A stretch of DNA of 64,000 nt from Candidatus Velthaea sp. (GTDB taxonomy: Bacteria; Vulcanimicrobiota; Vulcanimicrobiia; Vulcanimicrobiales; Vulcanimicrobiaceae): positions 224,001 through 288,000 of the forward strand of contig CBDCCS010000021.1 in the NCBI GenBank assembly GCA_965214935.1. Reading direction: 5' to 3'. The notes beneath the pieces are model-generated. The model ran no database searches. It saw only the letters and a program-made list of their open reading frames with translations, and was not told the DNA's origin. How positions within the stretch are numbered: the stretch's first letter is position 1; each line of letters begins with the position of its first letter. This document shows, piece after piece, positions 39,586 through 49,169 of the stretch. The translations under genes and the position numbers were made by a program.

Positions 39586-39632
39586 GCGCCGAGCCATTCG
39601 GAATCGGTCGCGTTCTTGACTGCAATTTACGG

Positions 39633-40385
39633 CTAAATCTGCAGCCGCTTCCACTGCACGACGGCGATGCCGAGTAATGCGATGCCCAAGCCGTAGCCGA
39701 GAAAGCTCATTGCCGTTTGTACACCGGCGGGTAGACTCGAATCGGCGTGTTGGGTGTACATCGCAACGGGGTTGACCGTGTTGAGCGCTATGGAGAGCGC
39801 GTGAATGGGCGCAAGCGGTACCAAACCGAGCAATACGAGAGCGATCATCAGCGGCCAGAATAGTGCTGCGACGGTGCCGCGGTTGCGTTTCATCGAAGCA
39901 CTCAGGGCCGTCACCCAGGCGTAAACGCAAAGGGGAAAACCACAAAAAGCGACGGCGCGTACGGACGCTTCCCAACTTGGCAAGATCACCGCCTGCCGGC
40001 CGATATAACAATCTGTAACGATGCTTGCGCAGATCATTGTAAGAACGATGCACGCGGCCATCGCGGCGATGTCCACGGCAAAGACGCCTAGAGCGTACGT
40101 TTCGCGTGAGACGGGTTTCGTCCAAGCGAGTTCGAGATGCCCGTCGTTCTCCGCCGCGAGGTTGAGACCGAGCGCAGTTGCAAATCCGCCGACAAGCGCA
40201 GCGGCACCGGATAACAACTCGGCCAGGCTCACATTGACGGCGGCTAATTCCGCACTTCGCGTCGCGCCGATGCGAAAGACGCCCGGCCAATAGCGCAAAG
40301 CAATTGCAAGCAGCGAAATGCCGATTGCAAACAACGCATAAACGATAACCGCGCGGCGCACGCGCATATACGGCATGTACCACAT
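39633..40385 (-). CDS. ABC-2 type permease (ytr-like operon)
   Basis: About six TM; E..GHLE..WTKPVSR motif; follows ABC ATPase. Confidence 0.75.
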   Translation of the reverse strand: MWYMPYMRVRRAVIVYALFAIGISLLAIALRYWPGVFRIGATRSAELAAVNVSLAELLSGAAALVGGFATALGLNLAAENDGHLELAWTKPVSRETYALGVFAVDIAAMAACIVLTMICASIVTDCYIGRQAVILPSWEASVRAVAFCGFPLCVYAWVTALSASMKRNRGTVAALFWPLMIALVLLGLVPLAPIHALSIALNTVNPVAMYTQHADSSLPAGVQTAMSFLGYGLGIALLGIAVVQWKRLQI

Positions 40386-40386
40386 A

Positions 40387-41283
40387 TCACTGACCCTCCA
40401 GCGTCGGGATGCGCGGTTCTTCAACCGCCGAAAAAAAGAGCTCTTCGAGATTCTGATCGAGCAGATGAATGCCGACCGGAGCGAGTGCATTGACGTCGCG
40501 CATCACGCCGTCCGGATCGGCATGAACGTAGAGCCGTAAGGTGATTCCGCGCTGTTCGACGCGACGTATGCGCGCGTCGGTGCGAAAGGGCGTCGCATCG
40601 ATCGGCGCAGCGAACACCGCTTCGACCATCTTTTCGCGGCTCCGTAATTCGTCGAGCTCGCCTTCGAGTACGACCTGCCCGTGTTTGAGGACGACGACGC
40701 GGTCGGCGGCGCGTTCGACTTGACCGATCTGATGCGACGACAGGACGATCGCCGTGCCCGAAGCGGCCGCCTCGATCAAGAGATCGAGAACTGCGCGCTG
40801 ATGGATCGGATCCAGACCGCTCGACGGCTCATCCATAATCATGATCTGCGGCCGGATTGCAAAGGCGAGCACCAACCCGAGCGCCGTACGCTGGCCTTTC
40901 GAAAGCCGGCCGACGCGTTTGCCCGGATCGAGTGAAAAAATTTCGAGCATCGTCTGCGCGCGGCGTGCGTCGTACGCGCGATACGCTCGGCGCATCATCT
41001 CGAGGTGATCGCTTCCCGTCAGGCGTTCGTAGAGCGCACTGCGTTCAGGGACGAAGGCGAGCGACTCGAACATTGCCGGGCGCGGTACCGAGCCGGCAAT
41101 GGTAATCGTCCCGGAGTCGGCGCGCGCTAGGCCCAGCATGCATTTGAACGTCGTCGATTTTCCCGAACCATTCGGTCCGAGCAGTCCGCAAATCGAGCCG
41201 GCGGCGACTTCAAACGAAACATCGCGAACCGCCTCGAACGCGCCATAACGCTTGCGTAACGACTGCACGACAATCGGGTTCAC
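40387..41283 (-). CDS. ABC transporter ATP-binding protein (YtrB-like)
   Basis: GPNGSGKST, LSKGQ, MDEP, SSH. Confidence 0.92.
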   Translation of the reverse strand: MNPIVVQSLRKRYGAFEAVRDVSFEVAAGSICGLLGPNGSGKSTTFKCMLGLARADSGTITIAGSVPRPAMFESLAFVPERSALYERLTGSDHLEMMRRAYRAYDARRAQTMLEIFSLDPGKRVGRLSKGQRTALGLVLAFAIRPQIMIMDEPSSGLDPIHQRAVLDLLIEAAASGTAIVLSSHQIGQVERAADRVVVLKHGQVVLEGELDELRSREKMVEAVFAAPIDATPFRTDARIRRVEQRGITLRLYVHADPDGVMRDVNALAPVGIHLLDQNLEELFFSAVEEPRIPTLEGQ

Positions 41284-41284
41284 G

Positions 41285-41680
41285 TTAGTCCTCATCGGGA
41301 TACCAGCGCTCGATCAAACGCGTGATGAGCGCGACGATGTCACGTCGCGGGACGCCGATGCTCCGCGCGTCTCGAACGGCGGCTTCGAGTGCGATTGCCG
41401 CTACATCGCCGACGGTTTTGCGCGTTTGGCGCACATCGGAGTTGCGCACGAAGGAGCCGCGGCCGGGGCTTGTCTCGATGAGTCCGTCCCGTTCGAGGTC
41501 GCGATACGCGCGGGCAACGGTATTCGGGTTGATCGTCAGTTCGATCGCGAGCTGCTTAACCGTCGGCAAACGTTCGCCGCCGGCAAGCGCCCCGACCGCA
41601 ATCGATCGTTTTACTTGATCGATCAATTGCGTGTACAACGGGACGCCGCTACGCGGATCGATATTGAAGTTGCCCGGCAC
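41285..41680 (-). CDS. GntR family regulator, YtrA subfamily
   Basis: PLYTQL, LPTVKQLA..L.INPNTVARAY..LE, GRGSFV; short C-terminal domain. Confidence 0.92.
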   Translation of the reverse strand: MPGNFNIDPRSGVPLYTQLIDQVKRSIAVGALAGGERLPTVKQLAIELTINPNTVARAYRDLERDGLIETSPGRGSFVRNSDVRQTRKTVGDVAAIALEAAVRDARSIGVPRRDIVALITRLIERWYPDED

Positions 41681-41684
41681 GCGG

Positions 41685-41813
41685 TCAGAACCGAACACCC
41701 CACCCGCCGAAAAGCTTACTATCGGCGCCGATCGGAAGGCGGACGCGACGCTCGCCCTCGATGACGGGTAATGGACGGCGGACGATCGTGGTTACCGGCT
41801 GTTGTATTGGCAT
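41685..41813 (-). CDS. 42-aa small peptide heading the ytr-like operon, not in ORF track
   Basis: SD AGGAGAG then ATG; MPIQQPVTTIVRRPLPVIEGERRVRLPIGADSKLFGGWGVRF; stop 4 nt before GntR GTG. Confidence 0.6.
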   Translation of the reverse strand: MPIQQPVTTIVRRPLPVIEGERRVRLPIGADSKLFGGWGVRF

Positions 41814-41827
41814 TTGAACTGCTCTCC

Positions 41828-41875
41828 TATTGAACTAGTGTATTAGTATAATAACGTATTAGGATAATAAGTCAA
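41828..41875 (-). promoter_or_regulatory. AT-rich promoter with tandem palindromic operators (probable YtrA-type GntR sites)
   Basis: TTGACT -35; GTATTAGTATAATA (41840-41853) and GTATTAGGATAATA (41856-41869), each with core TATTA-N3-TAATA. Confidence 0.7.
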
Positions 41876-41906
41876 GGGCTTTTGTGCAGCCGTCGAAGAG
41901 AGCACA

Positions 41907-42404
41907 ATGCCGCACCCGCAACGCATCGCTCCCGCGCCCGGCCAAGAGTCGGTTTGGGATTATCCTCGCCCGCCGCGGCTCGAACGCGTCAACGTGCCGT
42001 TACGCATCGAACATGACGGCCGACGGGTAGCCGAGGCCGCAGGCGGCTGGCGCATCCTCGAAACAAGCCATCCGCCGGTGTATTACCTTGCGCCCGAAAC
42101 GTTTCTCGCAACGCTTGCTCCGAACGAACGGACGTCGTTTTGCGAGTTTAAGGGAACGGCGCGTTATTGGGATCTCATGCACGAAGGACGCGTTATCGTC
42201 GCGGACGTCGGCTGGTCGTATCCGCTCCCGGCACCAGCGTATCGCGACTTGGCGAATTGCATTGCCGTTTACGCGAGTCGCGTCGACGCGTGCTACGTCG
42301 GTAGCGAACGTGTCGCACCGCAAGCCGGAGACTTCTACGGCGGCTGGATCACCGCATCAATCGTCGGACCATTCAAGGGAGCCGCCGGAACGCGTGGCTG
42401 GTAG
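41907..42404 (+). CDS. DUF427 family protein
   Basis: ESVWDYPRPP, LETSHPP.YY, CEFKG.A.Y, FYGGWIT. Confidence 0.9.
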   Translation: MPHPQRIAPAPGQESVWDYPRPPRLERVNVPLRIEHDGRRVAEAAGGWRILETSHPPVYYLAPETFLATLAPNERTSFCEFKGTARYWDLMHEGRVIVADVGWSYPLPAPAYRDLANCIAVYASRVDACYVGSERVAPQAGDFYGGWITASIVGPFKGAAGTRGW

Positions 42405-42503
42405 TCGCGCCCGATCGTGGCTTGGATGCAAGAGACCACTGCCGTCGCATTTGCCGACCGCAGCGCTTTCCTGACCGACTCTATCGATTTAACCGACTGT
42501 GCG

Positions 42504-43436
42504 TTAGCTTGCGGCTGCACCGGTTTGCTTGAGTGACGGCGCACCGCTGTTATCGGCGGCTCCGATCGCTGCCCCGCGACGCGCAGCATAGAGCTTAGTG
42601 AACTCGGCACCAAACAGCAAGATCATCGCTGAATAGTAGATCCAAAGCAGCAACACCAACAGCGAGCCCGCGGCACCGTACGCAGAAGCCGTTCCGCTTT
42701 TCGCAAGGTACAAACCGATCAACGCTTGCCCGATGACGAAGAGCAACGACGTGATCCCCGCGCCGGTCCAGACATCCGCCCAAGCGATCGTCGCGTCCGG
42801 CAAGATCTTATAAATCAGCGCAAACAGAACCGTAACGATCGCCAGCGATACGACATAGTTGACGACTGTAAAAAGTAAGCCGGCGCCCGGAAACGGCAGC
42901 AAATGCGTAAGGTAGGTCGATACAAACGCCAGCGCTGCGCTCAGTACGAACGTTACGAGCAGAAGAAAGCCGATAACCAGGATCATGCCCAGCGATGCAA
43001 CGCGTTGCCGGATGGTCAGCCAGATGCTCTGCTTTTTCGGCTCAACATGCCAAACGGTATTGAGTGAGTCCTGAAGCGCGGCAAAAACGCCGGATGCTCC
43101 GATGATGAACGTAAGCCAGCCGATGATCTGCGCGATTATGCCTTGATGCGGCTTAGAAAAACTTGCCGCGACCATATCGCGAATCATGTTCGCCGTTTGC
43201 GCACCGACATGAGATTGGATTTGGTCGAGCAATTTGGCTTCGACATTACCGTGCGGATGCTGTAAACCGCCGCCTAAGCCCAGCACCGTTCCGACGATTG
43301 CAATAATAAGAATGATGAGCGGGGCGATCGAAAAGATGGTTGAAAACGACAGCGCAGCAGCGAGGCGCGGCGCCTTGTCTTCGTTCCAAGCAGTAAAGGT
43401 TTCGCGCAACAAGGCAATATCAACGGGGACGGCCAT
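42504..43436 (-). CDS. YihY/virulence factor BrkB family membrane protein
   Basis: AAALSF.TIFSIAP, L..SLN.VW, YGAAGSL..LLLWIYYS. Confidence 0.92.
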   Translation of the reverse strand: MAVPVDIALLRETFTAWNEDKAPRLAAALSFSTIFSIAPLIILIIAIVGTVLGLGGGLQHPHGNVEAKLLDQIQSHVGAQTANMIRDMVAASFSKPHQGIIAQIIGWLTFIIGASGVFAALQDSLNTVWHVEPKKQSIWLTIRQRVASLGMILVIGFLLLVTFVLSAALAFVSTYLTHLLPFPGAGLLFTVVNYVVSLAIVTVLFALIYKILPDATIAWADVWTGAGITSLLFVIGQALIGLYLAKSGTASAYGAAGSLLVLLLWIYYSAMILLFGAEFTKLYAARRGAAIGAADNSGAPSLKQTGAAAS

Positions 43437-43522
43437 GTCGCATACGTACCCACTCGATGCTCGAAGCATGCAGCTTCGGCCGGGGACACGGCCGGTAGTC
43501 TTCTGCAGCCGAAGGAATCGCC

Positions 43523-44122
43523 ATGGCCGAACATCACGTCGCGGTAACCGTTAATGCGCCGGTGCATCAAGTGTACGCGCTTTTCACTCATTTCAACGAC
43601 TATCCCAAGTTCATGACCTACGTCAAAGAAGTCACCTACCTGGACGATCATCGCAGTCACTGGGTCGTCGACATGCTCGGTTCGTACGAATGGGATGCCG
43701 TCAACGAGGATTGGATACCCGACCGTCAGATCGGCTGGCGGTCGGTGAGCGGTCTCGTCAATTCGGGTCGCGTCGTCTTCGCGGCGACGTCGGGAAACGC
43801 GACGGACGTGCAAGTCGCCATCACGTACGAACCGCCGGGCGGAATCCTGGGCACGATCGGCGAGGCGCTCGTCGCCGGCGCTCAGTTCGAGCGACGGCTG
43901 CAGCACGATCTCGACCATTTTGCGGAGATGGTAGCCGCGGCGCCGCGCGACTCACTCGATCCCGCATCGTCGACCTATCTTTTTCACGCTAAAAGCGCGG
44001 CAGCGATGGGGAAAACAACCGACTCACAAGACCAAACGATGGGAGCGGGGGAGACTGCCGGAATCGGCAGCATCCTCGATCCGCCGAGCACGACCAGCGT
44101 GACGTCAGCCGAATTGGAATAG
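43523..44122 (+). CDS. SRPBCC/cyclase-dehydrase family protein
   Basis: V.APV..VY......YPKFM, SHW, WDA, IGWRS, G.V.F, YEPPGG. Confidence 0.88.
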   Translation: MAEHHVAVTVNAPVHQVYALFTHFNDYPKFMTYVKEVTYLDDHRSHWVVDMLGSYEWDAVNEDWIPDRQIGWRSVSGLVNSGRVVFAATSGNATDVQVAITYEPPGGILGTIGEALVAGAQFERRLQHDLDHFAEMVAAAPRDSLDPASSTYLFHAKSAAAMGKTTDSQDQTMGAGETAGIGSILDPPSTTSVTSAELE

Positions 44123-44135
44123 CCGTACGGTTCGG

Positions 44136-44309
44136 CTAAGCATCGACATCTTCGCCTTCGTCCTCGTCATCGTCTTCATCGTCCATATCGTCGGCGTCGG
44201 CATCGATGTTCGGATCGAGTGCGATCGTATGCGAGTTCTCCTCGCGATCGGCGGGCGTCGGCAAGCGCTCTTCGGTGAGATCGTCCTGGTATAAATCCGT
44301 GCGTTCCAT
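44136..44309 (-). CDS. Small hyperacidic protein (57 aa)
   Basis: 26 of 57 residues D/E; GTTT-N15-GGGTAC directly upstream. Confidence 0.65.
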   Translation of the reverse strand: MERTDLYQDDLTEERLPTPADREENSHTIALDPNIDADADDMDDEDDDEDEGEDVDA

Positions 44310-44373
44310 GAACGCCCCGTACCCGGCGTTCAGCGGCCGAAACTGACGCCGGGGCGGGTGGGTTTGCATCGGC

Positions 44374-45348
44374 GTGAACGCGATTCGAATCGGCTTGCAA
44401 GGCAGCGCCGACGTCATGCAGCTCGTCGATGTTCCGGTCCCCGAACCCGGTCCGGGCGAAGTCCGAATCGCGCAATCCGTCGCCGGCGTCAACTACATCG
44501 ACGTCTACGAACGCAGCGGTACCTACAAGCGCGATCTACCGTTCATCCTCGGACGCGAAGGCGCGGGAACCGTCGACGCGCTCGGTTCCGGCGTTACGGA
44601 GTTTGCCATTGGTGACCGGGTTGCGTATCTCGATCTACCACGACCCGGCGGATACGCTCAATACGCCGTCCTTTCGGCGCTGCAGACCCTACCGGTGCCG
44701 GACGGTATCGACGATCGCACGGCTTGTGCGGTGATGCTGCAAGGCGTAACCGCGCACTATCTCTGCGCGAGTACGTACGCGGTACAGCCCGGTGACAGCG
44801 TGCTCGTGCACGCCGCAGCCGGCGGCGTCGGGCGACTGCTCGTACAGCTTGCGAAACGTGCGCACGCAACGGTGATCGCGACTGCCGGAGGTGCGGAAAA
44901 GATCGCGCTTGCGCGCAGCGCCGGCGCCGACCACGTCATCGACTATAACGACGTTGATTTCGCGCCGGAAGTCATGCGCTTAACCGCCGGCCGCGGCGTG
45001 GCTGCGGCATACGATTCGGTCGGCCGCCAAACCTGGGAGCGCAGTCTGAGCGTCGTAAGGAAACGCGGTTATCTCGTGCTCTACGGAGCCGCAAGCGGGC
45101 CGGTGCCTCCGATCGACCCGTTACGGTTGATGGCGGCCGGCTCGATTTTCGTTACCAGGCCCACGTTAGGTGATTACAAGCAAACGCGCGAGGAACTGCT
45201 GGCGCGCACGAACGACGTTTTCACGGCAATCGCGGCGGGTGAACTCGACGTTCGCATCGGCGCCACCTATCCGCTAAGCGAAGCGGCTCAAGCACATCGC
45301 GATCTCGAAGCGCGCAAAACGACGGGCAAGGTACTGTTGCTACCGTAG
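44374..45348 (+). CDS. qor: NADPH:quinone oxidoreductase (zeta-crystallin/MDR family)
   Basis: GVNYID...SG.Y, G.EGAG, HAAAGGVG, YDSVG, TTGKVLL. Confidence 0.92.
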   Translation: MNAIRIGLQGSADVMQLVDVPVPEPGPGEVRIAQSVAGVNYIDVYERSGTYKRDLPFILGREGAGTVDALGSGVTEFAIGDRVAYLDLPRPGGYAQYAVLSALQTLPVPDGIDDRTACAVMLQGVTAHYLCASTYAVQPGDSVLVHAAAGGVGRLLVQLAKRAHATVIATAGGAEKIALARSAGADHVIDYNDVDFAPEVMRLTAGRGVAAAYDSVGRQTWERSLSVVRKRGYLVLYGAASGPVPPIDPLRLMAAGSIFVTRPTLGDYKQTREELLARTNDVFTAIAAGELDVRIGATYPLSEAAQAHRDLEARKTTGKVLLLP

Positions 45349-45533
45349 CGTCGATCAACGTCTGCTAGTTGAGAAAGCCGAGCCGCGTGCGGCTCCGCCG
45401 ACCCGTTACCACACGTTTCGCCGCGCCATCCATTTCCATTACCCCGGCGTTGTTCGGATACAGTAGGATCGGTCGTCTCACCGGCGTTACCGGCATGTAG
45501 CTGTGCACCGCAGCCGTCACGAGGGGCGCCGGC

Positions 45534-46544
45534 TCATTGTCTTCGCCCGCTGTTTGCCGATGAGTGGCTGCCTAAAGCGACAACAAGTTCATGTACCGAT
45601 ATGGTCGCGGACGCCGCAAGCAGATCCAAGTCGGTTTCCCGATCGATGAGGTCGATCGCCGGCTGCGCGAACGCTGCGGCCCGATGCAGCGTCGTGAATT
45701 GCATTCCGACGGCAAGCGTATCGTTCATCGGCCGGCGCAGTCGCGGAAAACCGTCGCCGTATCCACAGCGCACGACGATGAGAAAGCCGTCGAACGGCGC
45801 TAAGCCGAGGCCATAACCGACACGTTGTCCACGCGCCTCGAGCCGTTCGACTACCGCCGCACGCACGACGATTGCCGATCTGACGTTAACGCTCGCGCCG
45901 AACCGTGCACCGAACAATCCGACACCGAGGCGAACGTGTGAGTAGCGGCCGACATTCGCGGCAAGCGGAGCAGAACTCGCAAGATCCGTCGCAACGAGCG
46001 AAGCACCCGCAGTGCGCAACACTGCGATTGCCGTTTCAAAGATCGCCGTTTGTTCGGCCTGCAGCGACGCGTCGGTGATATGGCTGGATACTTCGACGTC
46101 GCTTTGCAAGCCCGCCAAGATCCGTGCAAATCGGCCGATTCGGTCGATCGCAATGCCCGACCAGCCGACCGCACCGCGTATGGCGACACGGACGCGCGGA
46201 CGTCGCGCGTTCGTGCGTGCCCATGCATCGGCGGCGTGTAATCCATCGAGTGTTGACAATGTCGGAATACCGTTCCGCTCCAAGACATCGCCCAGTCGGT
46301 GCGCCGGGACGTCGACGAGCGTGCTTATCGGCCGCTTTGTCAGCGGCGCGACTTGCAGAAACTCATCGATGTCACTGACATAATAGCCGTCGACAAGGTC
46401 GTCGATAGCGTCGACAATCGTCTTGAATCCCCAACCGTAGCCATTCGATTTAATGACCGCGCGCAGAGACGTGCCGGCAAGTTCGCGCCACTGGATAGCG
46501 TTCTGCCGAAGGACGTTCGAATCCAGCCGAATTTCAGGCTGCAT
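45534..46544 (-). CDS. Divergent alanine racemase family PLP enzyme
   Basis: AVIKSNGYG.G PLP-lysine motif, VR.G.GLFG, VGYG, GYGDG. Confidence 0.75.
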   Translation of the reverse strand: MQPEIRLDSNVLRQNAIQWRELAGTSLRAVIKSNGYGWGFKTIVDAIDDLVDGYYVSDIDEFLQVAPLTKRPISTLVDVPAHRLGDVLERNGIPTLSTLDGLHAADAWARTNARRPRVRVAIRGAVGWSGIAIDRIGRFARILAGLQSDVEVSSHITDASLQAEQTAIFETAIAVLRTAGASLVATDLASSAPLAANVGRYSHVRLGVGLFGARFGASVNVRSAIVVRAAVVERLEARGQRVGYGLGLAPFDGFLIVVRCGYGDGFPRLRRPMNDTLAVGMQFTTLHRAAAFAQPAIDLIDRETDLDLLAASATISVHELVVALGSHSSANSGRRQ

Positions 46545-46752
46545 CGGCGACCAACGAATACGGCGGTAGTTGCATTCCGGTCGAGCAACGCACTGCTCCG
46601 ACCACCCGAAGTAGACGGCTTGATAAATCCAAAGTTTTCAAGTTCGGAAACATTCGCGGGTCGCAGCGGTAAAGCAAATGCACGCTACGCAGGGTCGTGA
46701 GCATGACGATTACGATCGCTGAGTCGCGACGGGTAGCCGCGGGGTTCTCGCA

Positions 46753-47457
46753 ATGAATGCAATCCGTAATCCGGGAAGAGTCGCCGGCTTCTGGTACCTG
46801 CTTTTGGTGGTCGTTGGTCCGCTTCGGCTCATTTACATTCCTGCGACGCTTTTCGTCGCAGGGAATGCAGCGGCAACCGCCCGCAACATCACGACGCACG
46901 AGTGGCTGTTCCGTCTCGGAATCGTAAGTGACTTATTCTGTGCGGTCATTCTGATTTTTCTGGTAATGGCGTTCTACGGTTTATTTCAAAGAGTAAACCA
47001 TAATCTGGCCGTCTTAGTCGTCATCTTCGGCGGGGTCATGCCGGCTCTAATTTACTTCACGAACGTAGTGAGCGACTTGGGGGCCTTGCTCGTTGCGCGT
47101 GGAGCTGCGTTTCTGAATGTATTCGATCCATCGCAGCGAGACGCGATTGCCATGCTCTTACTCAAGCTCCACGACCAGCAAATCACTGCCGCCGAGACGC
47201 TATGGGGCATTTGGCTGTTGCCGTTAGCGTGGCTCGTGTACGAATCACGCTTCATGCCACGGTTTCTTGCCATTTGGCTAGCGATCAACGGCTGTGCATA
47301 CGTCATTGTAAGCGTGACCGGCTTATTGGTACCGGACTATCAGGGGCTCGTATTCAACATTTCTTCGCCCGCACGCTTAGGCGAGTTGGCGTTGATGCTT
47401 TGGCTTTTAATCAAGGGCGCGCGACCGCCCCGGCCGGACATCGTACAGCCTGCTTGA
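46753..47457 (+). CDS. DUF4386-like membrane protein
   Basis: R.AG..YL, TA.NI..HE.LFR.G, WG.WL.PL, S.F.PR.L, GE....LWLLIKG. Confidence 0.8.
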   Translation: MNAIRNPGRVAGFWYLLLVVVGPLRLIYIPATLFVAGNAAATARNITTHEWLFRLGIVSDLFCAVILIFLVMAFYGLFQRVNHNLAVLVVIFGGVMPALIYFTNVVSDLGALLVARGAAFLNVFDPSQRDAIAMLLLKLHDQQITAAETLWGIWLLPLAWLVYESRFMPRFLAIWLAINGCAYVIVSVTGLLVPDYQGLVFNISSPARLGELALMLWLLIKGARPPRPDIVQPA

Positions 47458-47515
47458 ACGTCGATTGCCGCGCGCGACGTTCGGCTGTTCGCGATTTTCG
47501 TCTGATTCGTCCGAG

Positions 47516-49015
47516 ATGAAAGATCGCATCGCACTATGGACCGCTGCCTTCGGCGCCGTGCTGCACGTGACGGTCGCAAACCGCTACGATCTCTTCCGCG
47601 ATGAATTGTACTTCATCGTGTGCGGTCGGCACCCGGCGTTCGGCTACGTCGATCAACCGCCGCTCATTCCCCTTGCGGCGGCCGCTGCCTATGCGCTCGG
47701 CGGCGAGACGTGGATGGTGCGACTCCCGGCGGTTTTTGCCGCCGCGGCACTCGCGTGGATCACCGTTCGGTTCGTTCGGCTGCTGGGCGGCAGCGACAGT
47801 GCTGCATGGCTGGCGGGGCTTGCCGTCGTCGTCGCACCGATGTTCGCCGGGCTGACCGCAACGCTCAACACAACCACCTTCGAGCCGCTGGCGTGGACGA
47901 CCGTCGCTTACGGCCTCGCGCGTGTTACCGTGCGCGACGATCGGCGTGCGCTGATATGGATGGCGCCCGTTGCAGGCTTCGCTATGGAAGCAAAGTATGC
48001 GTTACCCCTCTGGCTGCTCGCGCTTGCAGCCGGCCTTTCGCTGACGCCGGAGCGCCGGATCATCGCCCGGCAAGATTCGTGGCTCGCTGTCGCCATTGCC
48101 GGCCTAATCGCATTACCATCGCTGATCTGGCAAGCCGCGCACGATTGGCCGTTTGCCGAACTCGTACGCAATGCGCATGTAAAAGACAGCGCCGGAACAC
48201 CGCTGGCATTCGCGCTCAATCAGCTACTGGTTTACGGTCCGCTTTTCGCACCGATCTGGCTCGGCGGATTCTTTGCACCATTTGTGATACCCGCGCTACG
48301 CAAGCTACGCTTTGTGTCGATCGCGTTCGCCGTCGCGGCGCTTGCCATTGTCACAGGTCACGGTAAAGATTACTATCTCGCGCCCGCAGTTCCGACGCTC
48401 TTCGCCGTTGGAGCCGTCGCTCTCGAATACACGGTCCGTTCCGTCCGGATTCGCGTCGTCTACTCCGTCGTTGCGGTCGTGCTCGCGTTCCCGCTGCTCC
48501 CGCTAGCGTTGCCGATCGTACCGCCTGCGCGGCTGCTCGCGTACGAGCGTGCGCTGCATCTCGCGCCGCAACAGCAAGAGCGCAGCGATGCAGGTGATAC
48601 GTTTCCGTCGACGTTCGCCGACATGCTCGGTTGGCATGATCTCGTGCGCCAAGTCGGCACCGCGTACGCCTCGCTGACACCCGCGGAACGTCGCAATACG
48701 GCATTGCTCGTCGACAACTACGGTGAAGCGGCCGCGCTCGATCTATATGGCGGTGCGTATGGATTGCCGCGCGCGCTCGCCGGCCAAAATCAGTATTATC
48801 TCTGGGGCCCAATTCCGGATGAACGGGCGGCCAACGTGCTGCGCGTTCAAGGTAACGTTTCGGCTCTGCGGCCATATTGCCGCGCCGTGCGCGTTCTTGG
48901 AACGACGCAATCGCGCTACGCGCGCTCATTCGAACAAGACAAAGTCATCGCGTTCTGTCGCGGGTTGCATCCGGCGCTCTCACACATCTGGCCGGAGCTA
49001 AAGTCTTTTATTTAA
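47516..49015 (+). CDS. GT-C fold glycosyltransferase (GT39/PMT_2-like)
   Basis: FRDELYF..CG.HPAFGYVDQPP, RLP, AKY, P.LIWQ; multi-TM. Confidence 0.85.
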   Translation: MKDRIALWTAAFGAVLHVTVANRYDLFRDELYFIVCGRHPAFGYVDQPPLIPLAAAAAYALGGETWMVRLPAVFAAAALAWITVRFVRLLGGSDSAAWLAGLAVVVAPMFAGLTATLNTTTFEPLAWTTVAYGLARVTVRDDRRALIWMAPVAGFAMEAKYALPLWLLALAAGLSLTPERRIIARQDSWLAVAIAGLIALPSLIWQAAHDWPFAELVRNAHVKDSAGTPLAFALNQLLVYGPLFAPIWLGGFFAPFVIPALRKLRFVSIAFAVAALAIVTGHGKDYYLAPAVPTLFAVGAVALEYTVRSVRIRVVYSVVAVVLAFPLLPLALPIVPPARLLAYERALHLAPQQQERSDAGDTFPSTFADMLGWHDLVRQVGTAYASLTPAERRNTALLVDNYGEAAALDLYGGAYGLPRALAGQNQYYLWGPIPDERAANVLRVQGNVSALRPYCRAVRVLGTTQSRYARSFEQDKVIAFCRGLHPALSHIWPELKSFI

Positions 49016-49169
49016 CGTTAGATGTTGAAATATGCTCAGTCGATCCGAGCGCATATACATCGTGTCGTTCGTTTGTTCGGCCGCAAAGCGTCCGCCGCAA
49101 CGTAAGGCCGGCATCTTTATCAAGAATCCAGCCCAGCATTAGCAGCGCTTACGAAAGCCGCTCAGTTCG

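Noticed and set aside
45365..45496. 43-aa minus-strand ORF downstream of the alr-like gene
   Set aside because: No SD, promoter or motif; cannot be told from chance
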